Shown piece by piece: positions 1-10,994 of a stretch of DNA of 64,000 bases. Origin of the DNA: Mobula hypostoma (lineage: Eukaryota); NCBI RefSeq assembly GCF_963921235.1, contig NC_086097.1:93312001-93376000 (forward strand). Direction: 5' to 3'. The first letter of the stretch is position 1, and each line of letters opens with the position of its first letter. The position numbers and the translations under genes were made by a program. The notes below the pieces were generated by a model. The model was given only the letters and a program-made list of their open reading frames with translations, did no database searches and was not told the DNA's origin.

Positions 1-534
1 AATGAAGCTAATCAACGCCAAAAGCAGTGTCACGATGTAAAATCCCTAATCTTTCCATTTGGTGTTAGGAAGGGATGACTAAAAGAAACAAACTACTTGA
101 GTACAAGTTACAATGAATGAATTTTAAATTAAAAAAACAAAATCAGTAATGAAATAAAATTTACAATTACAGGGGTCAATCATTGTGGTTAATGTTGAAT
201 ATGACAGAAAATTTGAATTACTTCTGTCACCTGAAGTGCAACAGATATTGATAGCATTGTGTATGCGTCAGAGTATGATCAGTGCTATAGATTTCTCTTT
301 GCATTATTCATCAGAAGTGAATCACTGGTCATTACTCTGAAATACATTCAAAATCACTACAATCTGCAAAATCAGAGCTCACAGACACACTGAAAGAGAG
401 AAAGTAACCAGGGAGATTAGATTTAAAAGGTACAAATGAAATGGACTACCTGGGGAAGTGAAAATGTACAAGTAAAGACATTGGAGAAAATGGTAATTGT
501 TTCAAGAAGAGTCATTACATTTCTCTGCACATCA

Positions 535-1200
535 CACATAACCTCTCATGGTCTTAGGACACATCCTACACAGTCGAGAAAGCTCACTAACACCTCTATT
601 TTCTGAGGAAGCTTAAGAGAGCTGGACTTTGCACACCCATTCATCATTCTACAGGTGTGCAGTGGAGAGCATCCTAACAAACTGCATCACTGCTTGGTAT
701 GGAAACTGCACTGCAGGGGACAGGAAGGCTTTACATGGGTAGTCAAAGTTGGCATCATATCACTGGCACCAGACTACCCACCATCAACAACATATATACA
801 GAAAGGTGATGGAAAAGGGCCAGTAACATCATGAAGGATCCCACAGACTTTGCTCATGGACTGTTTGTCCCACTCCCATCAGGGAGGAGGCTACATAGTA
901 TCTACATCAGGACCACCAAACACAGAAACGTTCACTTTCCCCAACCGGTAATACTGATCAACACCTCCATTCACTAATTCCACCACTACTTTATTATTTC
1001 CCATCAGTCACCGTATGAACAGCCTAGCTTCGCTTTCTAGACTTACTAACAATGTAAATGAGCTATCTTAAGTATTTATATTTATTGTGTGTTTTCTAAT
1101 ATTATTGTGATTTTTCTGTGCTATATTGGATCTGGAGTAACAACTAGTTTGTTCTCCTTATACTTGTGTACAGGAAATGACATTACATAATCTTCAATCT
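535..1200 (+). mobile_element. Rex1/Babar-type LINE, decayed 3' fragment
   Basis: Frameshifted YFLRKLKR..FYRCAVESILTNCITAWYGNC-type C-terminal RT region; AT-rich 3' UTR; homologous to 5256-5663. Confidence 0.8.
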
Positions 1201-1486
1201 GGCATTAAAAAGGTATAACTTTGGTCAAGTGATTATTGCACACCCTGGCCTTAACTACAATGAAATTAAAAATGAAAGAGTTGCATAATCTGCTCCATCA
1301 ATATTGCTAATTTTTATGTCGAGTGGAAAAATTACCTATTTTTTTCATACAAGATGTTTGCAGGTTTTGCAATTGTATTCCATTAAAGGATTGGCAAAAG
1401 GGTTATAATTGATCAGTATGTCACATCTATTGGTCAGAATGAAGTAAAAGTCCTTGAACCCATACCATTATCATTAAGCTGTAAAG

Positions 1487-3540
1487 CAGTGATTCCCAGT
1501 GGTGGCAGTAATCACTGCTTTAGAGCTTAATAATATTGATACAGGTTCAAGGGGGCATTAGGGGAAATAGAAGTCATTGGGGGCGGGTACAAGATCCATG
1601 GGGGGCATAAGCAACACCCTAACTTGAGGAATGAGACCTGACCAACCACGTCAACTCACTGCAGTCGTCTACATTCAATAAGCATTCCCAATTTGTGTTA
1701 ATTTTTAATTTTAACTTAGCCCAGTTAATGATGGATAAATACATATGATGTGATCTCTAGAAGTCTGAAGGTGGTGAAACTTTAATTCTAATCCTGCTAA
1801 AAAAACAGAAACTACAGAAAGTGCATTAATTCAATGTTACATACCTGGATTATGGTTTTATTCCGTTCTCGTCAGATCAGCAGCATCCCATGTGTCTTAA
1901 TTGTAATACTGTAATGTCTAATGAAGCCATGAAATCATTAAGGAATACTTCCATAAAAGACACCCTGAAAAGGCTACTTGTGATACTACTCAGCTCCAGA
2001 AGATGAAAGAAGCAGTTGAAAAGCATTGCACACTCAACATTTTCCGAGAAAGCTAAAAATGACCTTGATTGTGGTCTCATTGCTTCTTATAAAATTTTCA
2101 AAAATGTGGAAAATCTCATACAATTAGTGAAAGATTAATAATGCCTGCTGTATCACAAGTGCTCACCACTGTTCTCAAAACGGATACCAGTATTTTAAAA
2201 TCATTTCCTCCGAGTAATAACTCTAAAGCTTGTTGTATTGATGAAATGAATGAAGACATTGAGTATCAACTATACACAGAGCTACAAAAAAAAACACAAA
2301 ATTTGGAATTCAACTGGATGAGTCAACTGTGCGAGACAACAAGGCATTGCTATTGGCATATATACTGTTTATCAAAAATCAAAAAATTAATGAAGGGATT
2401 CTCTTTCGTAAAAAAGTTAACATCAAATATCAATGGAGAATCAATCTATGACAAGCTCAAAATGTATATTAAGGATAACAATATTTCAATTAGGAACAAG
2501 ATTTCTTGTGCAACCGATGGAGCACCATATGCAACAGCCCGCCATGCTGGTTTAGCGGCATTTATGAAACAAGAAATTCCAAGTCTGTTTGCAATACATT
2601 GTGTCATTCACCATCAACATCTTGCAGCCAAAAAACTCAGCCAGCAACTTTTTTTCAAACATGACTCTTCTAATATCTGTAATCAACAAAATTAAAGCTC
2701 ATCCATTAAATAGCAGAATATTACGCCAGTTATGCCAAGATAACAATGAAGAGTTTGAATGCTTGCTTCTTCACACTGAAGTGTACTGATTGTCAAAAGG
2801 CTGCTACTTTAAAAGTTTCTTTGATCTTTTTGACACTGATTGAATTTTTGTTCAAAGTCAACAAGAGCTTGGAAAACAAGGTTGAACTTCTACGTGGAGA
2901 TGTGGCACACCTAGCTGATCTGTATGAAAAAATGAACATTCCAAATATGAATTTGCAGGGTGAGAATTTCAATTTACTCCAGGCAAAAAGTGCAATATCC
3001 ACTTTTACTGAAAAATTGGAAATATATAAGCAAAACATTGGGAGAAGAATGGTCTCACAGATTCCCTGCATGGAAAGTATGGCACTCTTTCACAGATGGT
3101 GATTTGCAAGAGTACTGCTTACACCTGCAGTCACTGAAGAAGGATTTTCAGAATCAGTTCAAGAATTTCAACAATCTGGAAATTCTGGACTGGGTAATTA
3201 ACTCATTTCTTTGCCAGTTGAAAGAACGGGAAGAGAGTCTGCAAGAAGAAATTATTGTAATTCAGTATGATGAAGAAACAAAAATGCTTTTCAAACATGT
3301 CAGCTTTTGTGGCATGTGGCTACACTGTCATACAAAGGTTTCCTGGTCTTTGGAGAAGAGCCAAACTGCTCTTCATTGCATTTCCATCCTCCAGCCTTGT
3401 TGAAAGAGGCTTCACTAAGGTGAACCACATACTCACAGAAACCACTTCGACGTTGTTCCGTGTGGGGATTTAAGGCTTTGGCTGTTACAACTTAACCAAA
3501 TGTTTCAAATCTTGCTAAAAACCATCAAGTCCAAGACCGT
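1487..3540 (+). mobile_element. hAT (Charlie/Buster, ZBED5/SCAND3-like) DNA transposon with frameshifted transposase
   Basis: Begins CAGTGATTCCCA (hAT-type TIR); YLDYGFI..PMCLNC..MSNEAMK BED region near 1840-1935; ORF 2141-2695 has CATDGAP and IHCVIH; LLLHTEV (2589-2789); FPSSSLVERGF dimerization motif (3267-3473). Confidence 0.9.
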
Positions 3541-3671
3541 CTGTTAAGGAAATGCATCATGATAATTGTTCATAGAGTCAGAACTCACGTGGAACATATG
3601 AACTCACTTGTGTCTATTTTGGAATACAGGACTTCAGGAAGTGGAGCAGAAAGGGTGCAGAACAGAGGTAT

Positions 3672-3910
3672 TCCCAGCTCTGAGAATCCAGGAGAAGCAC
3701 TGTGAAGAGAATGGTATCCAGCTCGGGGAACCGAACAGCAACACCGGGAAAAGCTCTGGGAATCTAGGAGCAGAAATACAAAGAGCAAGGATAACCTAGC
3801 TCTGGAAATCCAGGAGTAGGACCGTGAGTGCATGGTATCCCATCTCTAGGAATCTGGGAGCAGAGAAATGAAGAGTGAAGTACCCCAGTTCTGAGAATCT
3901 GGGAGCAGCA
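3672..3910. repeat. Degenerate tandem array, six copies of a core like CCCAGCTCTGGGAATCTGGGAGCAG
   Basis: Cores near 3673, 3717, 3752, 3795, 3839 and 3884, separated by more variable linkers. Confidence 0.7.
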
Positions 3911-4439
3911 ATTTTGTTTAAGAAATTTCAAGAGGGAACTTCAAAGATCAATCTCAGGAGCCTTACCCCATAACAATGCCTGGTTTTCCACAAGAAAAAT
4001 TATTAATTGAAGTAGATGCAAGATCCAGTCCTCAGTCCTCGGCATGTGTAGCAGTTCACCCATGCCAAAGGCATGCTAGAACAAAGAAACAAATTTTAAA
4101 GTGACTTTAGACCATGTTTTATTGTTAAGAATGCAACTTAAGATAGTATCTATTACTGTGAGTAGTGACAACAGCACTGCAAAATGTGTAGGTATAACAG
4201 ATTATCTCGCCAAAGCTGAGAATGATATTTTGTTCCATAAAACTGGGGTCCAACTCACTGTACCTTAGCAGCTACTGACTGTGATCATATTTAGTATTAA
4301 TAGGTAAGTAGTATGGTCAGGAGGCAACAGTCACTGCTCTCTTGGCTGGCCACTCTGCTAAGCAACTTGACTCTGACTGAAGTCAGAGAGATAGCAGAAG
4401 GATGGACGCCCTCACACTAAACGTAATGTACAAAGATGG

Positions 4440-4830
4440 TTCACATAGACTTAAAATTGTAAAATTAGTCAGTTCCATCATGGCTCCCAGCCTCCGTAGT
4501 ATCCAAGACATCTTCAAGGAACAGTGTCTTAGGAAGGCAGCTTCCATCATTAAGGACCCCACCACCCAGGACCTGCCCTCTTCACACTGTTACCGTCAGG
4601 ACGCACTCAGTAATTCAGTAACAGCTTCTTCCCCTCTGCCATTCGATTTCTAAATGGATATTGAACCCATGAATACTACTTGTGATTTTTTGCAGTACTT
4701 ATTTTAATTTAACTATTTAATAGACATATATACTTAATGCAACTGTTTTCTCGATATTTCATTGTACTGCTGCCAAAAAATTACATCATGACATATGCCA
4801 GTGATATTAAACCTGATTAAGGTTCTGATT
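4440..4830 (+). mobile_element. Rex1-type LINE 3' end
   Basis: IQDIFKEQCLRKAASIIKDP motif; 3' tail ATTAAACCTGATT..CTGATT. Confidence 0.8.
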
Positions 4831-5209
4831 AATGTCCTTTCCTTTGTTCCAAGGAATGAAATGCTCAAACCTTTCCAGTAGCTCTCACTGCTGCTGGTGA
4901 CATACTAGTCAATCATTCTAGAAAATGACTTCAACTGCATCAATCTGGCCAGACACCAGCAAACTTGATGCTACATCCAATGTGCTGATTGGAGCAGCAA
5001 AAAAAAAGCAAAACTGGGTGAAGCCTTCTTCAACTCTGCAGATGGAGTATAGTGACAATATATCTGGTCTACACAAGATAGTTCAATACATTCCAGGACT
5101 GATTTTCTTAAGTCCAGAAATAAACTTAAATCAAGTAATTTGATTCCTGTATCCTTCTCTAACCACTGCGTCCTGCTGGTTGACTGTCAACACACATGAA
5201 GACCAGAGG

Positions 5210-5815
5210 CATACACATCACCAAGGATCTCATGTGATCTGTACATACCGGCTGTGTGGTGAAAAAAACACAACAGTGCCTCTTTCACCTCAGACGGTTG
5301 AAGAAGTTTGGCATGAGTCCCCATATCCTATGGACTTTCTACAGGGGCACAATTGAGAGCATCCTGACTGGCTGCATCACTGCCTGGTATGGGAACTGTA
5401 CTTCCCTCAATTGCAGGACTCTGCAGAGAGTGGTGCGGACAGCCCAGAACATCTGTAGATGTGGACTTCTCACTATTCAGGACATTTACAAAGAGCAATG
5501 TGTAAAAAGGGCCCGAAGGATCATTGGGGATCCAAGCCACCCCAACCACAAACTATTCCAGCTGGAACCATCCAGGAAATGGTACTGCAGCATAAAAGCC
5601 AGGATCAACAGACTCCGGGACAGCTTCTTCCACCAAGCCATCAGACTGATTAATTCACTCTGATACAATTGTATTTCTTTGCTATATTGGCTGTCCTGTT
5701 GCACATACTATTTATTACAAATTGCACATTGCACATTTACATGGAGATGTAATGTAAAGATTTTTACTCCTCATGTATGTGAAGGATGTAAGAGAAAGTC
5801 AATTCAATTTGATTC
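5210..5815 (+). mobile_element. Rex1-type LINE 3' end
   Basis: ORF 5256-5663: LFHLRRLKKFG..ESILTGCITAWYGNC..RLRDSFFHQAIRLIN; CAATT-repeat tail. Confidence 0.88.
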
Positions 5816-5889
5816 TCAATACATCTGAAAATTCAGAGGTAGTAAAAGTTGCGGTACCAGTGTTGCGTGCAAGACTTAATTATGTCCAC

Positions 5890-6090
5890 TGGTTAGCTGG
5901 CTGGTGGCATCTGCACCAGACTTCAAGGCAAGTGGTCCTGGGTTCAAATCCGGTCAGCTCCTTGCACACTTTCCATCCATGCTGGGCGTCAAGCTGGCAA
6001 CTTGCCTCAAAAAAAAGACAAAAATGCTAAAGAAACGACACGACTGCCACCCAATGCAGTCTGCCACAAGGCACAGAAAGGAAAAGCAAT
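5890..6090 (+). mobile_element. tRNA-derived SINE
   Basis: Pol III B-box GGTTCAAATCC at 5941-5951 with an upstream A-box-like TGGCTGGTGG; purine-rich tail. Confidence 0.6.
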
Positions 6091-6183
6091 GTTCACTGGT
6101 TAGCATCTACGTTTGACATCTCCCTACTCATTGTAGCCCAGCAGCACAGGCACTGAGTCAGAGTTACTAGTACATTAATCTCA

Positions 6184-6296
6184 TCAAAGTTGCTGGTGAA
6201 TGCAGCAGGCCAGGCAGCATCCTGGCCTGCTGTGTTCACCAGCAACTTTGATGTGTGTTGCTTGAATTTCCAGCATCTGCAGATTTCCTCGTGTTG
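6184..6296. mobile_element. Miniature fold-back Penelope-like insertion
   Basis: 16-bp direct repeat TAGTACATTAATCTCA at 6168-6183 and 6297-6312; inverted arms 6182-6214 and 6221-6253; same sequence as the termini at 44.8, 51.9 and 59.7 kb. Confidence 0.8.
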
Positions 6297-6657
6297 TAGT
6301 ACATTAATCTCAGTGCTTGCTGTCTCCACCTTCATTTCTTGGTGCCACCTTAGCACACTTACAGTGGCTAGTGTGTATCCACTTGCTTTTCCCTTCTACC
6401 TTTCCTGCTGACTTAGCAATGAACAGCACCCAAAAGGGTCCTTCCCACCGAGCACTCAGTGGCTCCTTATGTAGTATCTTGATCAGGAGTCACTTTCCAA
6501 GTACCAAGGTGAGTCCTGTTGGATCGTTCGAGGCAGCAGAAACTATTGAGGAGCAGACTGAACAGTTTAGGTTAGTTTCACACAATAATCAAGTCGGTTG
6601 GCTGTTATAAGGGGTATATCAGCCTATCTGAGGTCAATAGAACAAGGTGATGTCATT

Positions 6658-7965
6658 CAGGGGTGGCAAACCAATGGCACACAAAACTTTTGTTGGCACA
6701 CAGCATGCAGTGCCACCTTTCAATTCTTTAAACCCCACCCATAATAAAAAGATGCATAATAATTATCATTACTGCAGTGAATTATACTTTTAGAACCCAA
6801 GGGCAGTGAGATGTTTTCACAGTAAATGTCTCATGCTGGTCTGGCACAGCTGGGCAGTTGTGAGAACATGTGACATTGTTTGATAAGTTTTGAAATCCTC
6901 ACAGACCTAGTGTACACATCAGAATTTGGATAGTAAACAGGTGGGCCAATTGACATTGGCTTCCTTCCACTATTTTTTTTCTTCTGTCATTTGTGAGTGA
7001 ACACTGGATATTCAGTGATAAGAATGGTAAATGCTGTATGTAATTTAGCATGTCCGTGAATATTTTTTTCACAATAACCATTTTATTTATATTAATAAAA
7101 CTGTTATTAGCAATTTCACTTCCGCCTGGGTCCCCTCCTCCTTCCCTTTCTCTTATGATCCACTCTCCTCTCCTATCAGATTCCTTCTTCCCCAGCCCTT
7201 GACCTTTCCCACTCAACTGGCTTCACCTATCACTTTCCGGTTAGCCTTCTTCCCTTCCCCCCAACTTTTTATTCTGGCATCTTCCCCCTTCCTTCTCAGT
7301 TCTGAAGAAAGGTCTCAACCCGAACATCAACTGGTTCTTCATTTCCATAGACGCTGCCTGCCCTGCTGAATTCTGTCCACATTTTGTGCGTTTTGCTTTG
7401 GCTTTCCAACATCAGCAGAACTTCATGTCCATGTTATTTAACTTTATTAGCGAAATATTATTAAATTGTGTTTACTCGTTTCAGCTTGTTCAAAATATCA
7501 GATACACCAACAAAGAAACAAAACTGTTCAAATGAAGGGACAAAAGGCAGAGAGTTTCAAGAGAGTGGAGTGAAAGATTTAGCATGGTTAAAAAGTATTA
7601 TGCATCTTACATTCTGAAAGAGTGGTGTGCAGAATTTCTTTCATAAAAGCAGCATACTAAAACAGTTCATAAAGGGCTTTGCGATAAAGGTGAGCAAGAA
7701 CTAAAAGAAACATTTTTCCGGAATTCAGAGGCAAAAAAAAGTCAAATATGTTTATCACATTTATTCCAGGTAGTTTCAACATACTTGCTGCTGGTTTTCA
7801 AAGATTATGGCTCAACATGGAAAGCCACTCAGTGATGGGGAATATGTTAAAGAATTATGAATAGAGGGTGCTTTTTTTTCCTTTTTAACTGTTTTCCAGA
7901 AAAAGAATTTTTAAAAATATCCGGTGCATTGAGCAGAAACTATGAAAGAATAGTAAATAATCAAA
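6658..7965 (+). mobile_element. Second hAT transposon, 5' relic (GTF2IRD2/SPIN-like), interrupted by a Penelope fragment
   Basis: CAGGGGTGGCAAACC terminus at 6658; AQHGKPLSDGEYVKE near 7810-7855; a related piece recurs at about 9215-9380. Confidence 0.6.
7115..7430 (+). mobile_element. Penelope-like element 3' fragment with a degenerate hammerhead
   Basis: Pyrimidine-rich tract, then CAGTT-CTGAAGA-AAGGTCTCAACCC-GAAC-ATC-AACTG (7297-7333) and a CCATAGACGCTGCCTG tail. Confidence 0.7.
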
Positions 7966-7969
7966 GGCT

Positions 7970-9130
7970 AAGTACATATGCTACACTGAGATTCAATTAC
8001 TTGTGGAGAAAATAAATAAAGACTGGAACAACCAATGTACAAAGGAAGGCAAATTGTACAAAAATAAATAACACTGAGAACATGAGTTGTAGAGACCTTG
8101 AAAGAGAGTCTGTACCTTGTGGAATCAGTCAGAGTTGTGGTGAATGAAATTATCCACACCCTTCAGGAGCCTGAGGACTGTAGGGCAATAACCGTTACTG
8201 AACCTGCCGACATAGGACTTAGATAGATAGATAGATATACTTTATTGATACCAAGGGAAATTTGGTTTCGTTACAGCTGCACCAACCAAGAATAGAGCAT
8301 AAATATAGCAATACAAAAACCACAAACAATCAAAGAACAATATGCAAACTATGCCAGATGGAAATAAGTCCAGGACCAGCTTATTGGCTCAGGGTGTCTG
8401 ACCCTCCACGAGAGGAGCTGCAAAGTTCGATGGCCACAGGCAGGAACAACCTCCGATGACGCCCAGTGTTGTATCTCGGTGGAATATGGCCAGTGTCCAA
8501 CAGCAAAAAGTTCAATACTGTATCTTAATAGGATTTAAGACTCCTGTACCTCCTATCCAAAGGTAGCAACAAGAAGAAAGCTTGGTCTGCAGGGTAGGGA
8601 TCCTTGGTGGTGAATGTTGCTTTCTTGGGGCAGTGCTCCATGTAAACATGCTCAATAGTGAGGATAGCTTTGCCTGTGATCCATCACTTTCTGTAAGACT
8701 TTTCCATTCCTAGGCTCCTTGATGTTTTCATACCAGGCCATTATACAACTGATCAAGGTGATCACTGTACCTGTAGAGAGGTTTGCCAAAGTTTTTGGGT
8801 GATGTATGGGATCTACGCAAACTTCTGAGAAAGTAGAAGCACTATCATGCCTTCCTTGTGGAATTTACATGCTGGTCCCAGGACAGATCCTCTAACATGA
8901 GAAGGTCAAAGAATTTAAAGGTACGAACCCTCTACACCTCCGATTCCCTAATGAGTGCTGGCTTGTGGATCTCTGACTTCTTTCTCCTGTAGTCAATAAT
9001 CAGCTCTTCAATTTCGCTGACATTAAGTGAGATGTTGTTGTCATGGCATCTTTGAACCAGATTTCTAATCTCCCTCCTTTATGCCAATTCATTAGCACCT
9101 TTATCTTGGTCAACAACAGTGGTTGTCAGC
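7970..9130 (-). mobile_element. Rex1-type LINE fragment, with a second Rex/Babar tail (AGAT)n nested at about 8221-8525
   Basis: Reverse-strand homology to 19560-20200; the nested tail resembles 44040-44135. Confidence 0.7.
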
Positions 9131-9379
9131 ATACTTCAAACTTGATGCAAGCTCTCACCCATTTGTCTTGCAGCAACATAATCTAGCCCTGCCATAATTG
9201 CTTGATTTTGTAGAGGTGATGAAATATGCAAAGAACTGGTTAAGATAGTAACATAAAGCATCTTTAGTTCTGAAACAGTGGTGTACAGAACATCCTCCAT
9301 AAAAACAGCATTATAAAATGGTTCATAAATAGCTTTGTGATAAAAGTGAGCAAGAACAAAAAGAACACGTTTCTCAAGA

Positions 9380-10992
9380 ATGTGGAATGAGCCAGATTTG
9401 ATAAGGGAGCTTAAGGCAAAGGAACCATTAGGACATAGTGATCATAATATGATATAATTCGCCATGCAGTTTGAGAGGAAGAAGCTAAAGTCAGGTGTAT
9501 CAGTATTACATTAGAGTAAAAGGAATCACAAAGGCATGAGAGGGGAGCTGGCCGAAATTGACTGGAAGGGAACACTAGCAGGGAAGATGGCAGAACAGCA
9601 ATGGCTGGAGTTTCTGGGAGAAATTTGGAGGATGCGGGATAGATACATCACAAAAAAGTATTCTAAAAGGTAGGATGATGCAATTGTGGCTGACAAGAGA
9701 ACTCAAATCCAGCAAAAAAAAAGAAGAGAGGGCATATAAAATAGTATAAATTAGTGGCAAGTTAGAGGATTGCTAAGCTTTTAAAAACCAACAGAGGTCA
9801 ACTAAAAAAGCTATAAGGAGAGAAAAGATGAAATATGAAGGCAAGCTAATCAATCATATAAAAGATGACACAAAAAGATTTTCTCAGATATATAATGAGT
9901 AAAAGAGAGGAGAGTGGTTACTGGGCTGCTGAAAGTGACGCTAGCGAGGTAGTAATGGGGGACAAAGAAATGGGAGATGAACTTAAGCATTTCACTGTAG
10001 AAGACATGAATAGTATGCCAGAAATTTGACAGTGTCAGGGGGCAGAAGTGAGTGAGAAGATGCTTGGGAAGTTGAAAAGGTCTGAAGGTGGATAAGAAAC
10101 CTGGGCCAGATGGATTACACTGGGGTTCAGAAAGAGGTAGCTGAAGAGATTGTAGAGTCAACAGTAGTGATCTTCCAAAAATCACTAGATTCTGGAATGG
10201 TTCCAGAGGACCAAAAAATTGTAAATGTCACTCCACTCTTTAACAGAGGAAGATGAAAGAAAATTAAAGGCCAGTTAGCCTGACTTCAGTGGTTGGGAAG
10301 ATGTTGGAATCCATTATTAAGGATGAGATTTCAAGGTACTTTCAGGCACATGGTAAAAAAGGCCAAAGACAGCATGGTTTCCTTAAAGGGAAAATTGTCC
10401 TGACAAATCTTTTGGAATTCTTTGAAGAAATAATAAGCAGAATAGACAAAGGTGGGTGTTGTGTACCTGAATTTTCAGAACACCTTTGACAAGCTGCCAT
10501 ACATGAGGCAGTTTAACAAATTAAGAGCCCATGGTATTATAGGAAAATTGCTAGCATAGATAGAAATTGGTTAATTGGTAGGATGCCAAGAGTGTGAATA
10601 AATGACCCCTTTTCTGGTTAGCTGCTGGTGACTAATGGTGTTCTGTGGTGGTCGGTGTTGGGATCTCTTGTTATCATGTTATATGTCATGATTTAGATGA
10701 TGGAATTGAGGACAGGTTTGGGAAGGATACCAAGGAGGGTGGTGGGGCAGGTAGTGTGGAGGAAGTAGGGAGTCTACAGAAGGACTTAGACAGATGAGAA
10801 GGGGCAGATGGAATTTAGTGTCGGGAAGTGTATGGTCATGCACTTTAGTAGAAGGAATAAAAGCACAGACTTCTCTAAACATGGAGAGAATTCATAAATC
10901 AGAGGTGCAATGAGAGTCCTCATGCAGGATTTGCTAAAGGTCAACTTCCAGGATGAGTCTGTGGTAAGGAAGGTAAATGCAATGTTAGCATA
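9380..10992 (+). mobile_element. CR1 LINE ORF2 fragment, decayed
   Basis: VGKMLESIIKDEI..QHGFLKGK..LTNLLEFFEE (10289-10489); many frameshifts. Confidence 0.9.
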
Positions 10993-10994
10993 AA

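Noticed and set aside
185..410. Minus-strand acceptor (TTTCTCTCTTTCAG near 390) as a coding exon
   Set aside because: All frames stop within 20 codons and no protein is recognisable; a terminal or UTR exon cannot be excluded
1788..3473. Domesticated ZBED5/SCAND3/ZBED8-like host gene
   Set aside because: Multiple frameshifts and stops, and a TIR is retained, so this is a dead transposon
3672..3910. CRISPR-like repeat-spacer appearance
   Set aside because: Repeats are too degenerate, linkers are short and partly related, there are no cas genes, and the context is eukaryotic
5895..5965. tRNA gene
   Set aside because: A B-box is present but there is no complete cloverleaf, and the sequence continues into a SINE body
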